The notes beneath the pieces were generated by a model. That model saw nothing but the letters and a program-made list of their open reading frames with translations, was not told the DNA's origin and did not search any database. Position numbers and translations under genes: made by a program. From a virus: a DNA stretch of 56,154 bases. Positions 54,828-56,154 of this stretch are shown here, piece after piece (position 1 is the stretch's first letter; each line of letters opens with the position of its first letter). Location of the stretch: the IMG/VR virus record IMGVR_UViG_3300045988_060580. One strand, written 5' to 3'.

Positions 54828-56015
54828 ATGGGAAAGGATTTAAAAGGTAAAGAGCTAGGAAATGGAATCTGTCAACGGAAGAACGGAAAATATTGTGGCA
54901 GGTATGTTGATAGATTCGGTCAGAGAAAAAGCATTTATGACGATAAACTGTCAGAATTAAGAAAGAAACTTGCAATTGCAATAGCTGATAGTCAGTCATT
55001 TACAAGCATAAGAGATAACATTAAGTTGGACGATTGGTTTAATCGTTGGGTAGATGTGTACAAAAAGAAAAGTGTACGCCCCAATACACTTAGGGAATAC
55101 ACTCACATATACACTAAGAATATATCACCTTTTTTGGGAAATCGCAACATAAATTCCTTTGTTAAGTCGGATATTCAACAATTAATTGATATTACTGACG
55201 ATAAGGGCTATGGATATGAACGGCAAAACAAAATTAAAGTTATATTATCAGACATGTTTTCAAGAGCGATGGAAGATGAACTTATGTCCAGAAATCCAAC
55301 AAAAGGAGTTAAATTGAGGGCAAAAAAGGAAGTTTTCGCTAAAGCATTAACAATTGATGAACAAGAAGTATTTTTTGAATGCTGTGCTGGCACATTTTAC
55401 GACAATCTATTTAATATTGCTGTAAATACAGGGTTGAGACCGGGAGAACTTTTTGCCTTAACTGAAAATGATATTGATTTTGAAAATGGGCTAATAAATG
55501 TATCTAAGACGCTTGTATATCAGAAATACCTTGATGATGAACGCAAGGAATTTCATTTAGAAGAGCCTAAAACAGAACAGAGCAATAGGAAAGTGCCTAT
55601 GAACAGCTTATGCAGAAAGTATCTTGAAAGGCAGATAAGGCAGAAGCATGTTATCAAAAACAAACAGCCTAAAGAGCAGAACGACTATTTATTTACGACA
55701 AAATTTAACACACCACTTAATTCAGTTTTATACAGTGCGGCGATTGATTCTATTGTAGATACAATAAATCTTGTCCATTCTGTTGATGAAGAAATGGAAT
55801 ATTTCAGCGGTCACGCTTTAAGACACACATTTGCAACAAGATGCTTTGAGGCGGGTGTGCAGCCGAAAGTTGTTCAATCATATTTAGGTCATGCAACATT
55901 ACAAATGACAATGGATTTATACACACATGTTATGCCACAGAAAGCAAGTGACGACATTGAAAGAATTGTTAAAAACGAAAATAAAATTGTTGATTTTGTG
56001 AAAAACGTGGTGTAA
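54828..56015 (+). CDS. int: Tyrosine recombinase / phage integrase
   Basis: Motifs GLRPGEL...HALRHTFATRC....LGHATLQMTMDLYTH (R..HxxR..Y). Confidence 0.9.
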   Translation: MGKDLKGKELGNGICQRKNGKYCGRYVDRFGQRKSIYDDKLSELRKKLAIAIADSQSFTSIRDNIKLDDWFNRWVDVYKKKSVRPNTLREYTHIYTKNISPFLGNRNINSFVKSDIQQLIDITDDKGYGYERQNKIKVILSDMFSRAMEDELMSRNPTKGVKLRAKKEVFAKALTIDEQEVFFECCAGTFYDNLFNIAVNTGLRPGELFALTENDIDFENGLINVSKTLVYQKYLDDERKEFHLEEPKTEQSNRKVPMNSLCRKYLERQIRQKHVIKNKQPKEQNDYLFTTKFNTPLNSVLYSAAIDSIVDTINLVHSVDEEMEYFSGHALRHTFATRCFEAGVQPKVVQSYLGHATLQMTMDLYTHVMPQKASDDIERIVKNENKIVDFVKNVV

Positions 56016-56042
56016 ATGCGGTGTAAATATACGCCATACACC
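56007..56042. promoter_or_regulatory. Putative integrase arm-type sites (GTGGTGTAAAT, GCGGTGTAAAT, inverted TACGCCATACACC)
   Basis: Two direct copies and one inverted copy of the GGYGTA motif overlap or follow the integrase stop codon. Confidence 0.45.
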
Positions 56043-56115
56043 AACTAAAAATCCAGTATTTATGCTATTTAGAAGATTAAAAATGTATAATATTTTAGAA
56101 ACTTATTATGTATAC

Positions 56116-56154
56116 CAGATAACTCCTTATGACCTTAATGAAAGTTATGATAAT
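56116..56154. repeat. att core / terminal direct repeat, right copy
   Basis: Exact 39/39 match to 1..39. It lies 100 nt downstream of the integrase stop. Confidence 0.9.

Overview
This AT-rich 56,154-bp window is essentially one complete temperate siphovirus-type phage or prophage, probably from a low-GC, spore-forming Firmicutes/Clostridia-like host. An identical 39-bp direct repeat sits at both window ends. It is flanked by ATGGYGTA-type arm repeats and lies next to a tyrosine integrase, so it looks like attL/attR or a circularised attP.

Gene order, left to right:
- 0.3-3.6 kb: cargo cluster of low-complexity (Q/N/M-, G- and C-rich) proteins, a BclA-C-terminal-like protein and an HExxH protein.
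- 3.7-7.2 kb: accessory island with a solitary Cas5-like gene, about 700 nt of repeat- and promoter-rich non-coding DNA, a leftward set of small acidic ORFs punctuated by two tRNA top-half-like minihelices, and an RHH regulator between duplicated promoter/operator cassettes.
- 7.9-13.4 kb: terS-like, MazG and DUF3310-like genes, a tRNA cluster (Gln-UUG, Ser-GCU and two aberrant tRNA-like genes), and HNH.
- 13.4-35.2 kb: terL, portal, scaffold, capsid, connectors, tail, a split tape-measure gene, tail tip/fibre and a GH25 endolysin.
- 35.2-38.7 kb: lysogeny switch (XRE repressor, LexA box, Bro-N antirepressor).
- 38.7-54.7 kb: early genes (SleB-like, Spo0A-C-like, SSBs, SbcC-like ATPase, RecT, MBL hydrolase, GIY-YIG, a C5 cytosine methyltransferase, replication organisers, an Xis-like HTH).
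- 54.8-56.0 kb: integrase.

The most interesting signals are:
1. A solo type I-B-like Cas5 with its own promoter and attenuator.
2. A multi-TRD (target-recognition domain) cytosine methyltransferase broken into four reading-frame segments exactly at (GACA)11, A5 and G8 tracts.
3. A 340-nt ORF-less, highly structured insert that splits the tape-measure gene in a conserved motif (candidate group I intron).
4. A tRNA-Lys-like gene whose canonical register gives anticodon UUA, together with an in-frame TAA inside an otherwise continuous early gene.
5. Two covarying acceptor/T-arm minihelix elements.

All homology calls come from motif recognition by eye, not database searches. Start sites were refined by RBS inspection.
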